From the IMG/VR virus record IMGVR_UViG_3300005782_000717: a stretch of DNA of 64,000 nucleotides; one strand, given 5' to 3'. The notes beneath the pieces are model-generated. The model did not search any database. It was given only the letters and a program-made list of their open reading frames with translations, and was not told the DNA's origin. Shown here piece after piece: positions 18,342-27,958 of this stretch. Each line of letters opens with the position of its first letter. Position 1 is the stretch's first letter. Source of the stretch: an uncultured virus (IMG/VR IMGVR_UViG_3300005782_000717). Its lineage: Duplodnaviria; Heunggongvirae; Uroviricota; Caudoviricetes. The translations under genes and the position numbers were made by a program.

Positions 18342-18532
18342 GGTGAGGTGAGGCAAGGTGGGGTGGGGTAAGGCACGGTACGGCCAGGTCTGGTATGGCC
18401 CGGCGTGGTGAGGCAAGGCATGGAATTACAGTATTACTAAAAGGCGCGGTCGGGCACGGTGTGGTCAGGCTAGGTCAGGTCAGGTCGGGCATGGCTTGGT
18501 TCGGTCAGGTTGGGCAAGGCACGACGCGGAGT
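18342..18532 (+). ncRNA. (GGY-NN)n tracts 5-6, vrRNA-like
   Basis: 18342-18421 (16 units), 18443-18522 (16 units). Confidence 0.85.
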
Positions 18533-18960
18533 TAACGAGGTGCCGCTGGCTGGCTGAGATAAAAAGACAGGAAGGAGGTTAAAAGTGGAGAAACCGACAA
18601 AGGGCGAGTTGATAATAAAGCTTGATGAAGTGGATAAGATCATCAGGGACAGGCTGTTTGCCAACCCGGACCCGGTAGAGCTAGAAACCCTGCTGGCGAT
18701 TCGGGCAAAGCAGCAGGAGCTGATGAACTTGGTGCTGGCGATGTGATCGAGGTCAAGGTCAAACGTTTACAGTGTTTCGCCTGCGGGATTAGCATTGGCC
18801 CCGGATATAAGGAGACCTTTCCCAGCAAGGTGGGCGACAAGACGCTTTGTGGCCAGTGCCATGCCATGCTAAAGAAGCAGGGGTATATTCAACTGGACAG
18901 GGAGAGGAGGTTGCTGCCTGATGGCACGGTAATCAGATTTGTACAGGGGGTAAAAGCATT

Positions 18961-19290
18961 ATGGGAGAAACAAAGCCCGATATAACCATTGAGAATGGTA
19001 GACCGGTGATAAAGTGCCCGCACTGCGGTGGCAATACTCCTCTGGACTCCGTGATCTGTGTGAAGTGTGGGAAGGTGGTAAGAAGAGTGACGGGCAAGCT
19101 ACCATTTCATACTTGGAAATGTCATATCTGTGGGGAGGAGCGGCCGGACGAGAGGATCTCGGTCGTTACTAAACCGTTGGTAATCAACGGTCAAACCGTT
19201 GGTGACCAGAATATCCGATACTGCAACGACCGGCCCGCTTGTATCGAGGGGGCAAAGGAGTTTGGTTTTTTCAAAGAGGGGGAGAAGTGA
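18961..19290 (+). CDS. Zn-ribbon protein
   Basis: CPHC, CVKC, CHIC motifs. Confidence 0.55.
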   Translation: MGETKPDITIENGRPVIKCPHCGGNTPLDSVICVKCGKVVRRVTGKLPFHTWKCHICGEERPDERISVVTKPLVINGQTVGDQNIRYCNDRPACIEGAKEFGFFKEGEK

Positions 19291-19802
19291 AGCTGGAAAA
19301 GGCTAGGGCAATAGCCGAGGAGCTTAAAGAGCTTCTGGCACCGGCCTGTGAGAGGGTGACAATAGCCGGCAGCACCCGGCGCCGGAAACCTGATGTTGGC
19401 GACCTCGAGCTGCTGTGCATTCCGAAGTTCAACGGGGTGGTTGAACTGCTAGACCAGAAGCTGAAGTGGCTTATTGGCACACATGTGCTAGAATACCGGC
19501 CCAACTCGAAGGGCTCAATCGTCTACGGACCAAAGAACAAGCTCCTGCGCCACGTGGATAGTGGCATCGGTATCGATATATTTTCAACTACTGCAGAGTG
19601 CTGGCCGGTCGCCCTGGTGGTCCGCACGGGGCCTAAAGAGTCGAACATCGCAATTGCTATGGCCGCCCAGAAGCAAGGCTGGCGCCTGAAAGCATATGGG
19701 GCCGGGTTTGACACCCCTGAGGGGTTAATCCGCTGCGAATCGGAGAGGGATGTCTTCGAGTTAGTGGGCCTACCCTATAAAAAGCCCTGGGAAAGGAGAT
19801 AG
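19287..19802 (+). CDS. Minimal DNA polymerase X / beta-nucleotidyltransferase (palm and thumb only)
   Basis: AGSTRRRKPDVGDLELL, IDIF, TGPKESN, SERDVF...GLPY..PWER. Confidence 0.85.
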   Translation: MKLEKARAIAEELKELLAPACERVTIAGSTRRRKPDVGDLELLCIPKFNGVVELLDQKLKWLIGTHVLEYRPNSKGSIVYGPKNKLLRHVDSGIGIDIFSTTAECWPVALVVRTGPKESNIAIAMAAQKQGWRLKAYGAGFDTPEGLIRCESERDVFELVGLPYKKPWERR

Positions 19803-19831
19803 ACAGTAGTCTTATACTGTGGGGGTGTGTA

Positions 19832-20794
19832 ATGTCTGAGTATGATGTTGCACTTGATTATCAGGTAGATTGGGCTTCATTCTGGAGTTCGGATACTGGC
19901 CGTGCCCTTTTTCATGGTTTGGGGTTAGCTGTAAGCAAACAGCGTCAAGGTAAAGGGGAGAGTAGGTTTGTTGAAATAGTAGAGCACGAGGTGGACGAGC
20001 TCCAGTTAATTTTGGTGCCCGTCATTTATGGTGAGTGCTATTACTGGTCAACTGAGATATTAGACGTAGTTAAATTAGCCTCCAAGTCACTGCCGGATAG
20101 CTGGGCATTGATGAGGAATCATATCCCCTCGGTTTCCGGTTTTTTCTATTTCGCCAAAGCGTTAGAAAGAGGAATACAGGCATTTGCCTGGACTACCCTC
20201 ACTACAGAGGGCAATGGGCATATGGCTGCTATTCATATACCGGGTGAAGATAACGCTATGCCGGACTTTAATGCCGTGGCTTTTACTAGTTTTGTCAAGA
20301 GTCCTGACCCGGGATTTCCCCGGCCATTACCTTGCCGCACCACCATGGTCCTAGGTGAAAGTCTCGTAGATTGGAGAAAGGAGGCGGTGCGCTACGCTGC
20401 AGAAATAAACGCAGATGTGAGCGAATATTTTGCTGACTATGAGGCTATTCGTCTTTTTGGGACAATGCTGACTTTCCTCCAGCAGCGCATACTGGTGCCT
20501 TCCCGATGGAGCGTTTCTAGGGCAACGCGCAAAAGAGTAGAAAGAATGGTATACCAGCAGAAGCATGACCTTGGCGTAAATGTTGTTAAACTTCGTAGCA
20601 TACAACATCGTCTCTCCGAAGGCCAGGGGGAACCAGTTGACTGGGCCTGTCGGTGGGTAGTTCGTGGGCATTGGCGGGAGCAGTGGTATAGTTCTCTTGG
20701 AAAGCATCAGCCGGTATTTATTAGCCCATATATCAAAGGCCCCGAAGATAAGCCATTGAGAAATATGACTAGGCTTTTTGCTGTCGTTAGATAA
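19832..20794 (+). CDS. Phage hypothetical protein
   Basis: C-terminal WVVRGHWR.QWY...FISPYIKGP motif. Confidence 0.65.
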   Translation: MSEYDVALDYQVDWASFWSSDTGRALFHGLGLAVSKQRQGKGESRFVEIVEHEVDELQLILVPVIYGECYYWSTEILDVVKLASKSLPDSWALMRNHIPSVSGFFYFAKALERGIQAFAWTTLTTEGNGHMAAIHIPGEDNAMPDFNAVAFTSFVKSPDPGFPRPLPCRTTMVLGESLVDWRKEAVRYAAEINADVSEYFADYEAIRLFGTMLTFLQQRILVPSRWSVSRATRKRVERMVYQQKHDLGVNVVKLRSIQHRLSEGQGEPVDWACRWVVRGHWREQWYSSLGKHQPVFISPYIKGPEDKPLRNMTRLFAVVR

Positions 20795-20808
20795 ACAGTA
20801 GAGGTTAG

Positions 20809-21339
20809 TTGAAAGGAGATAAAGTGAGGTCCATTGACACAGATAGAACCCGATCAGAGATACGCCGGCAGTTCGCCCTCTGGGATATTGACCCGTCGGA
20901 GTTTGAGATCATCTGGGAGGAGGAGAGGGACGGCGCCGGCAGAATTTTCCGCCGGCCCGGGGTAAAGGTCCGGTATTTGAGGAATGGGCAGTGGCAGGAA
21001 ATCGCCTGCTACGCCTTCCCAACCCGGGCGGCAAACATAAGGCGGTGCTTTCTCCTCCTGGAGAGGTTGCGCATCGCCGAGCAGCACGGCGTCCAGTACC
21101 AGGGGCTTACCTACACCAAAGATATGGCCACGGTAGGGAAGGAGATAGGCAGGAAGCAAGACCTTTTGGATGCTTATGATGTCTTGGGCGTTGGCCCGGA
21201 TGACCCGGTAGAACTGATTAAAGATGTCTACCGGAGGAAGAGCATGTATTACCATCCGGATAAAGGCGGCGACCAGGAGAAATTCAAGAGGCTCACTAGG
21301 TCGTATGAACTGGTTATGAAAAGCCGGGGGGAGAAATGA
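20809..21339 (+). CDS. C-terminal J-domain protein
   Basis: YDVLGV...YHPDKGGD..KFKRL..SYE. Confidence 0.85.
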   Translation: MKGDKVRSIDTDRTRSEIRRQFALWDIDPSEFEIIWEEERDGAGRIFRRPGVKVRYLRNGQWQEIACYAFPTRAANIRRCFLLLERLRIAEQHGVQYQGLTYTKDMATVGKEIGRKQDLLDAYDVLGVGPDDPVELIKDVYRRKSMYYHPDKGGDQEKFKRLTRSYELVMKSRGEK

Positions 21340-21785
21340 AGCAGACAATATTTCTAATCGTTAATAGCCAGACTGGGGAATGCAGGCTAAGAAAGACACC
21401 ATCGGCGGGTCCCATGGAGTATGTTTTTCAGGTAGATTTGGAGATTCCTGATAACCCCGTGCCGGTGGTGACTATCACGATACCCGTGCCGGCGGCGCCG
21501 GCGGTAGTGACCGAGATCAAAGAGATTCCCTTCGGGGTCCCCTGGGCAATCTCCGAGGGGATAGTAAAGGTAATTAGCATCAATGAAAACGGGACAGTAG
21601 TGCTCGACTACACAGATGAGGGGCTAGCCCGACTCTACAAGGAAGCCGGCGGTGAGGAAAGAGAGTTGGAGCTTTGGGACCTCCATCAATATGCACAAAA
21701 GAGGTGGGGGGTGCCGGTTATCTACATCGAGGCAGACCGGTGGGATAGGCTGAAAGCCCCTGGGGAGAAGCAAGATGAGCAATGA
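21336..21785 (+). CDS. Hypothetical protein
   Basis: ATGA-coupled ORF. Confidence 0.55.
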   Translation: MKQTIFLIVNSQTGECRLRKTPSAGPMEYVFQVDLEIPDNPVPVVTITIPVPAAPAVVTEIKEIPFGVPWAISEGIVKVISINENGTVVLDYTDEGLARLYKEAGGEERELELWDLHQYAQKRWGVPVIYIEADRWDRLKAPGEKQDEQ

Positions 21786-22191
21786 AATCACAGGTCCGGT
21801 GGATAAGGTAACCAATGTCAAAGTGAACCTCGGCCCCCTGATGATAATGACCGGCGGCGAAGTTGTGGGTACCGCAGACGATATCTCTATCTTAGTAGCC
21901 GAGGCAAAGAAAGAAGAGCTTGAGAAGCTAAAAGCGGCCAATGAGGTTCGGCTGGTCAAGATGCTGGGTGAGGGCACAGATAAGATCCTCAATGAATTGA
22001 GTGCGAAAGAAACGGCAGCATGGGATTCGCTTAGCAAGTATAAATTCATTATGTTTGGTTATCATGCTGCTATATGGGTTACCCTTAATCGTATTCACCG
22101 TTGCCATCAGAGGAATCCATTTTTAGGTGTAGTGAAACTAGCAAAACTTAAGATTGAAAAGAGACGCTACCCAGAGGGTCGTGGTCAGTAA
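21775..22191 (+). CDS. Hypothetical protein
   Basis: Coupled ORF; SLSKYKFIMFGYHAAIWV. Confidence 0.55.
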   Translation: MSNEITGPVDKVTNVKVNLGPLMIMTGGEVVGTADDISILVAEAKKEELEKLKAANEVRLVKMLGEGTDKILNELSAKETAAWDSLSKYKFIMFGYHAAIWVTLNRIHRCHQRNPFLGVVKLAKLKIEKRRYPEGRGQ

Positions 22192-22391
22192 AGCAACGTT
22201 CCGAGGCAGAACGTTAAGGGAGAACTTCAACGAAAAGGCGTGATGAATTTCCCGACATGCCCAAATACCAACCGTGCCCGCACTGCGGCAAGAGGTCTAA
22301 GCGTGATAGAAAGACCTTTGGCGGCGCCAATTACCTGTGCCCGAATAACGGGCAAATTTTCGTGAGGGCGGCACGCTGAAAGGAGAGAGCC

Positions 22392-22964
22392 ATGACAGAA
22401 CAATTCAAACTTCAGCCAATTGATTTTCTAGTGAACATCAACAGAGGACAGGACCCCATGTCAGTTATTAAGCGGTGGGCGGTTGGTGAGTACTCCCACA
22501 TCTTTGCCTACCTGCCTCTATGGGTTCCTGTCCACGGGTTGCTATTGCAGCACCCCTTCCTTTACGAGAGTAGTGGCCGGGGTGTAGTAATCCAGAGCCT
22601 CTCTAACCGGTATGGTGAGAAAGTGGTAGTGATGAGGCTCAAGCCCGAGTTTCGGGACAAGATAGAGGTCATAGTCGCGGAGGCTATCAAGCTGGCCAGC
22701 GACCCCCAGTCTTACTACGACTACTACTGCATCCCTCTGAATATCGCCCCCCGGGTCTTCCACGATAAGTTCGGCATGCCGATACCAGTGAAGTATGACC
22801 GCAATGAATGGCATATCTGTAGCGAGGCTTGCGCTGAGCCATGCTGGCGAGCTAAAGTCCCAGTATTGCCTGAGAATATCGTCCCGCTGCCGGGTGATTT
22901 CGTTATTGACAGTCCCCCGCTGGAAGAGGTCAATCGGGGGATTTTGTCGCAGGATTGGGTCTAG
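22392..22964 (+). CDS. Permuted papain-like NlpC/P60 (YiiX-like) enzyme
   Basis: YSH before ICSE (His-then-Cys order), YDY motif. Confidence 0.75.
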   Translation: MTEQFKLQPIDFLVNINRGQDPMSVIKRWAVGEYSHIFAYLPLWVPVHGLLLQHPFLYESSGRGVVIQSLSNRYGEKVVVMRLKPEFRDKIEVIVAEAIKLASDPQSYYDYYCIPLNIAPRVFHDKFGMPIPVKYDRNEWHICSEACAEPCWRAKVPVLPENIVPLPGDFVIDSPPLEEVNRGILSQDWV

Positions 22965-23635
22965 CCCCTCCTGAATAACCCCCTGAAAATATCCAGCGCC
23001 GCCCCTAGCAGCCCCAGCAGGCAGCCGCTGCCGCTACCGCCACCGTTTTCCTCCGGCCCGTGCCCGTCATAGGCAACGAGGCTCTCCCTGTTTTTCCTCA
23101 TGTAGATAGCCGCCATAATCTTGCCCTGGGAGACCAGCTCTGAGGCCAGTCTGTCAAATGTCTCCCTGGCCTTGTCGAAGGCGTCTTCATGTGGAGTGCC
23201 CTCGATAAAGATATACATAAACCCGCAGTTGAAGGACTCCTTGAATTCCTTCAGCGCGTCGGTGGTGAAGCCCACCACCTCGGTGTACCCCCAGTATTTG
23301 CCTCCCTGGCGCCAGATCTCGGCTCCGAGCTTCCTGGCACTGAGGCAGGCCAGGGTATAGGTTTCCTTGTCGGCCAGCCAGTGGCAGTTGCTGAGGTCGA
23401 TGACCGGTCTCTCGTCCTGGCCGATGAGAGCATCCTCATCGCCATGGTCGTAGAAGATGAATACGTCCGCCCCTTTCCTCAGCTGTTCTTCCACCCTCTC
23501 CCTCACCGCCTCACCCTTCGCCAGCTCCACGACATCTATTTTAGCCTGCCGGCACCACTCCAGGATCTCTTCGGCAAAGGAAAGGGTATAATTCGTAGCA
23601 TCGTCAAAGCTGGGGCGTATCAGAATCGCCTTCAA
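22961..23635 (-). CDS. Clan CD (caspase/gingipain/CHAT-fold) cysteine protease
   Basis: FIFYDHG...YTLAC catalytic dyad pattern. Confidence 0.65.
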   Translation of the reverse strand: MKAILIRPSFDDATNYTLSFAEEILEWCRQAKIDVVELAKGEAVRERVEEQLRKGADVFIFYDHGDEDALIGQDERPVIDLSNCHWLADKETYTLACLSARKLGAEIWRQGGKYWGYTEVVGFTTDALKEFKESFNCGFMYIFIEGTPHEDAFDKARETFDRLASELVSQGKIMAAIYMRKNRESLVAYDGHGPEENGGGSGSGCLLGLLGAALDIFRGLFRRG

Positions 23636-23888
23636 TTTTCTTGCTCCCTTCGTAAAACATGTCGACCGCCAGGGCGTCTGCCCACTGCCTTATCTCCCTC
23701 CAGAGCTTCTTGTCTTTCTGCAGCCTCTCCCGGAGCTGGGCGGCAGTGAGACTTTCCCTCCCCAGGTAGAGCGTCCAGCCGGGGTCTCTCTCGGCTGTCC
23801 TCTCCAAGTAGCGCATCACGGCGTTTTTCAGTATCTTTTCGTCTCCCACCTAAAAACTCCTTTCTACTCTGGCGTTTTCTTTCTGAAC

Positions 23889-25058
23889 CTATGCTGCTGT
23901 GATGTTGATCATATCTGGCACCGCGGAAGCAACCGGGTCCAGCTCGACAGGTCTCCAGTTGACGGTTACCCATTTGCTACCTACCCGTTGCTGCCCATAC
24001 CCCGGGTCATAAACTAGGGACCAGGCTTTCAGCGCCACAGCACAAAGGTCGAAAGGTCCGGTGACTCCCTCAGCCGGGACATAAACCGAGGTTACGGCTT
24101 CGCCGCTACCATCATTGAAATAACACCCGCTAAGACCTCCCCATGCCCAGCAGGTGATCTCGACGCCAGGGTGGTTACTTTCGTAGTGCTCTTTTATTCC
24201 TCCTGTAATAATCTCCCCGCATAACACACACTGGTAAGCTCTAACTTGTAGGTCACCCCCCAGGTGTGCATCTTTTACTGTCGTTATCGACCCACCAGGT
24301 GGAATCTTGAGCCAGTAATCCGCTGCCCCTATCGTTCGTGGAACACCGTCAGGATCATAGATACCTAATACCATATTACTACCGACATTTTGCCCCCTTG
24401 CGTCCCAGGGTTTTTGCCAGTCGGTGGTATATGAGTAATCCCCCTCGATATACGCGGTGCTCAACAACAGGCGGAAATAGAGGAGCTTCTTGGCATCGAA
24501 GCCCCTCAGCACCCCGTTCACGTATTCAAGGGGTACCTCGGTCAGGTGCCCAAAAGCATAGTCTGGCTTGACCCAGATATCGTAGTCAAATGGGTTGGAG
24601 AAGGTGATATTGATAGTAAACGGGTCTCCCCAGTAGCCAAGGCCAAGGCTAGTCTCGTATTCATGCCTAGCGGTTGTCAGGTTGGTCGGGTTTACGGTTA
24701 TGCCGGTTATCTTAACCTGTGGAGCCTCAACAGCAGTGAAGCTCCCCGTCAGCTCATCCACTGAAACCTGGTATGTCCTGGCCTCGTGGGGAGTAGCCTC
24801 AAAGGAGACCGGCCTGCTTTCGCCGGGAGCCAGCTCTACTGTTTGCCCAGCCCCCTCGCCCTCTGCTATTAGCTTCTCAAGCGCAGTAACATCTAGCATA
24901 TTAATTACCCCATCACCATTTATATCGGCACGACGCCTGAACTCTATATCGCTGAGCGGTGTTGAGACAGACAAACCTGCTATGTATCTTTCAAGAAGAG
25001 TGAGGTCAAGAATGTTTATTATCCCATCATCGTTCAGGTCGCCGATTGAGTCTGCCAT
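23889..25058 (-). CDS. Dockerin-I plus Ig-like virion/surface protein
   Basis: GDLNDDGIINILD and ADINGDGVINMLD duplicated Ca-binding loops. Confidence 0.75.
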   Translation of the reverse strand: MADSIGDLNDDGIINILDLTLLERYIAGLSVSTPLSDIEFRRRADINGDGVINMLDVTALEKLIAEGEGAGQTVELAPGESRPVSFEATPHEARTYQVSVDELTGSFTAVEAPQVKITGITVNPTNLTTARHEYETSLGLGYWGDPFTINITFSNPFDYDIWVKPDYAFGHLTEVPLEYVNGVLRGFDAKKLLYFRLLLSTAYIEGDYSYTTDWQKPWDARGQNVGSNMVLGIYDPDGVPRTIGAADYWLKIPPGGSITTVKDAHLGGDLQVRAYQCVLCGEIITGGIKEHYESNHPGVEITCWAWGGLSGCYFNDGSGEAVTSVYVPAEGVTGPFDLCAVALKAWSLVYDPGYGQQRVGSKWVTVNWRPVELDPVASAVPDMINITAA

Positions 25059-25069
25059 AGTTCCACTCC

Positions 25070-25594
25070 TTAGGTAATTGTGCAGGTTATTGTCTTGCTT
25101 CCGGCCACCGTTCCATAGTTGGTGGCGGTGGCGCTAATTGTCACCTTCTCGCCAACCTGGACCTCAGTTGGTGAGATGACCAGATTACTGAGCCTGATAT
25201 CAGCGACAGGCATCGTGGTTGCAACAAAGCTTCCAGAGAGCCCATCAACGTTGACAGAGTAGGTCTTGGCTACATCGGGCGTAACCTCAAAGGATACTGA
25301 CTTTGACTCACCCGGAGCTAGGCTTACTGTCTGATCTGCCACGAAATCACCTCCTAGTTTCACTGTGTAGTCGCCAGCCTCGCTGCCGATATTGGTTACA
25401 GCGCAGGTTATCGTCACCACCTGCCCCGGGTTAACCTCGGTGGGGGAGATAACCAGGTCACTGACCACGAACTCGGCCCCCGGCGGCTTATACCACGGCC
25501 AAAATATTTTTAGAAACTCGGGCAAAGGCGGACCCTGGGAAGGCTCCTGGGGCATCCAGTCTTCAAGCTTATGTCCTAATATATCATCAGGCAT
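25070..25594 (-). CDS. CARDB/Ig-like domain protein with N-terminal GPPLP motif
   Basis: VSDLVISPTEV..G..VTI...VTNIG..., SLAPGESKSV. Confidence 0.75.
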   Translation of the reverse strand: MPDDILGHKLEDWMPQEPSQGPPLPEFLKIFWPWYKPPGAEFVVSDLVISPTEVNPGQVVTITCAVTNIGSEAGDYTVKLGGDFVADQTVSLAPGESKSVSFEVTPDVAKTYSVNVDGLSGSFVATTMPVADIRLSNLVISPTEVQVGEKVTISATATNYGTVAGSKTITCTIT

Positions 25595-25659
25595 TTTAAT
25601 CTACCCCAGTTTTGCCGAATATCTCCATTTCGTAATATCTTTTCCACAGTTTCACCCCA

Positions 25660-26349
25660 CTACACCGTAATCTGAATCGTGTAGGTAACCCGCAGCAGCT
25701 CGGTATTTGCCACGGCAACGCCGCCCGTTAAGTCACGGGCTATGCAGAAGGGGAAAACAGGACCCCAATCATTGGACACATAATGTCCTCCGGCTGCATT
25801 AATACCTACTTCCTCAACCGTGATAGCTCCCCCGCTGAGGTTGGTGAAATAACGCCTGACATCGAATGTGCCGTTTGGGTCAGCGAAGGCGATATTAACC
25901 AGTTCGCAGCCCCCATATTCCATCTCGCCACCAGCACGCCCGTTGTTGATAACAGCTCCGAGGGCAAAGTCGATGGGGGTTACAGCTACCGCTCCTGTTC
26001 CAATGACGATGCCGATGGTTTCACCCTGAATTTCAGCATTTTGTATTGTATCTGCTGCGGCGTTCTCTACGGACCCTGCATTTACAAGCTGCGTGGCTCC
26101 ACCAGGGACGGAGGCTATTTTTAGGTTGTCCTTGCGGAAACCTGTTGCCGTGGTACTGCTAGAATCTACATCCCGGGCTACGTTTGCAATGTCCTGCATC
26201 GAGTAAGGCGCCCCAGTTAGGATTTGGGCACTCCCCACATAGAGAAGTTCTATAAACTGAAGAAGAAAGCTCCTGGATGGCTGCTCCCTCCTTTCGAGCA
26301 ACCTGTGGTCTTTATCGAACCTTTCAAGAGTCAATTTTGCTGTTAACAT
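25660..26349 (-). CDS. Virion protein, paralogue of 26360-27019
   Basis: SFLLQFIELL, GIVIGTG, FTNLSGGAITVEEVG. Confidence 0.65.
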   Translation of the reverse strand: MLTAKLTLERFDKDHRLLERREQPSRSFLLQFIELLYVGSAQILTGAPYSMQDIANVARDVDSSSTTATGFRKDNLKIASVPGGATQLVNAGSVENAAADTIQNAEIQGETIGIVIGTGAVAVTPIDFALGAVINNGRAGGEMEYGGCELVNIAFADPNGTFDVRRYFTNLSGGAITVEEVGINAAGGHYVSNDWGPVFPFCIARDLTGGVAVANTELLRVTYTIQITV

Positions 26350-26359
26350 ATCAACCTCC

Positions 26360-27019
26360 TTAAGCCGTCGCCTGCGGACGATAATTTACCGTCAATGTTT
26401 GACCGTTGGGGACAAGGATACCCCCACCGATTACATCCCTGATAGCCAAAAATTCAAAAGTGGCCGTCCATACGCCCCCTTCTACATACAGGCCGATTTC
26501 GTTGACCGTGATTGGGCCCCCGCTGCCATTGGCAAAGTCTCTGGTTATGGTAAACTGGGAAGTTGTGGCGTCAGCAGCGGGCGCACCAAAGGCAACCCCC
26601 CCATACTGAAGCTGACCGCCGCCCACTCCATGGGCAATCGGGGTCCCCAGGACGAAGTCGTCGATAGTCGCTGCGACGGCTCCCGTACCGACAATGATGC
26701 CAAGGGTTACATCTCCAGCCCCAGCATCTGCTGCAAAAGCGTACGAAGAACAACATATACTTTGAAGTACATTTCCCGTATCTCTCACATCATAGGAGGT
26801 TGGCCTACCTAATGAGAGCGCCTGTATCCAGAACAGCTCCAGGAACTGCCTGACGAATGACTCCGACCGCATAGGACCGCGGTGCTCTGTGATTTTACCG
26901 TCCTTGTCTTTCACGGTAAGTTCGAGGGTGGCCCCGACCTCGCCAGGCAAAAGCAGCGGTTTAATCTTCTCGGGCTCGATTACATTAAGACTCGATTTTG
27001 CCTTGATTTCACTGTTCAT
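26360..27019 (-). CDS. Virion protein, paralogue of 25660-26349
   Basis: SFVRQFLELF, GIIVGTG, FANGSGGPITVNEIG. Confidence 0.65.
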   Translation of the reverse strand: MNSEIKAKSSLNVIEPEKIKPLLLPGEVGATLELTVKDKDGKITEHRGPMRSESFVRQFLELFWIQALSLGRPTSYDVRDTGNVLQSICCSSYAFAADAGAGDVTLGIIVGTGAVAATIDDFVLGTPIAHGVGGGQLQYGGVAFGAPAADATTSQFTITRDFANGSGGPITVNEIGLYVEGGVWTATFEFLAIRDVIGGGILVPNGQTLTVNYRPQATA

Positions 27020-27029
27020 GTCTACCTCC

Positions 27030-27950
27030 TTAAGCTATGGCTACCCATACCTGGGAGCCTAAAGGTGCAGTTACTTGGTTAACGAAGGCTGTTGTATCTG
27101 ACATCAGCCAGTATAGGTTCATGGCCTGGATAACTTTAAGCGCCCAGGCACCTTGTGGCGTATGGGTGATAGTTGTCATCCCAGGCGTATACTGCCACTC
27201 GTTGGAGCCATCGATTTCGTTGACCACAGGGACCCAGGCGCCTCCGTTCCAGAACTTCCACAAGTTTGTCCAGTTGCCGACTCCCGGAAGACCTAACATC
27301 ATCTGTATTTGCCAGAACTTGTAATTGGAGCCGACATAGACCTTGTCGCCAACGGCGGGGGTCAACCCGGGGTTCAGGTTGAGGTCGTTGGCAACCGGGC
27401 TCTGCGCCTGGGCGGTCTTGTCGGTCTGTACAGCCGCCGCAGTTTCCTCAACGAACCCGTCACAGAGGATACTAAGGCCAGACCTCGAGGTAAGCGTGGC
27501 AGCGATGGTTTGGTCGGGCCCGGCCAGTACAGCCTCCGCATCAGCTATAGCTAGGGAGCGGTCAAGTCTCCTGATAAAATCGGCGGGAGCATCCGCATGA
27601 GCCTGCACGTGCTCAGACGCAAGCGGCGCATTCTCATTGTGGGACTGGTCTACGGGGACTATCGCCTCGGCATGGGAAAGGTCTATCGGCACAGGCAGGT
27701 AGAATTCCAAGGCTGCACCGGGTTGCCAGGTCGGTATGTGGAGCGGCCCGGCCGAGGTGAGAACAAGGCCAATACCACCAGGGACGAGCTTAACGAGCAC
27801 GGAGGTATTGCCACGAACCGCCAGGTCACCTTTGGCCATACTTGCAGCTATCTCTTTAATGTTGGTTATGCCCTTAGCCTGCCAGTCCTTGTCGGCATCT
27901 ATGATAAGTTCAGACAGGCTGGTTATTCCACCCTTAACTAATAGACTCAC
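27030..27950 (-). CDS. Fibre/spike-like protein
   Basis: N-terminus LSELIIDADKDW shared with 27959-28210; fibre-like KGDL...G.VLTS repeat. Confidence 0.6.
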   Translation of the reverse strand: MSLLVKGGITSLSELIIDADKDWQAKGITNIKEIAASMAKGDLAVRGNTSVLVKLVPGGIGLVLTSAGPLHIPTWQPGAALEFYLPVPIDLSHAEAIVPVDQSHNENAPLASEHVQAHADAPADFIRRLDRSLAIADAEAVLAGPDQTIAATLTSRSGLSILCDGFVEETAAAVQTDKTAQAQSPVANDLNLNPGLTPAVGDKVYVGSNYKFWQIQMMLGLPGVGNWTNLWKFWNGGAWVPVVNEIDGSNEWQYTPGMTTITHTPQGAWALKVIQAMNLYWLMSDTTAFVNQVTAPLGSQVWVAIA

Positions 27951-27958
27951 TGCTCCTC

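Noticed and set aside
16643..18522. Reading NN strings as codon positions 1-2 gives motif-like peptides (e.g. GLTPA, DYRPG, KGGKTT)
   Set aside because: Too degenerate to support without a search
17251..18664. Minus-strand ORFs rich in LAxP/PCx
   Set aside because: Artefacts of GGY-NN periodicity
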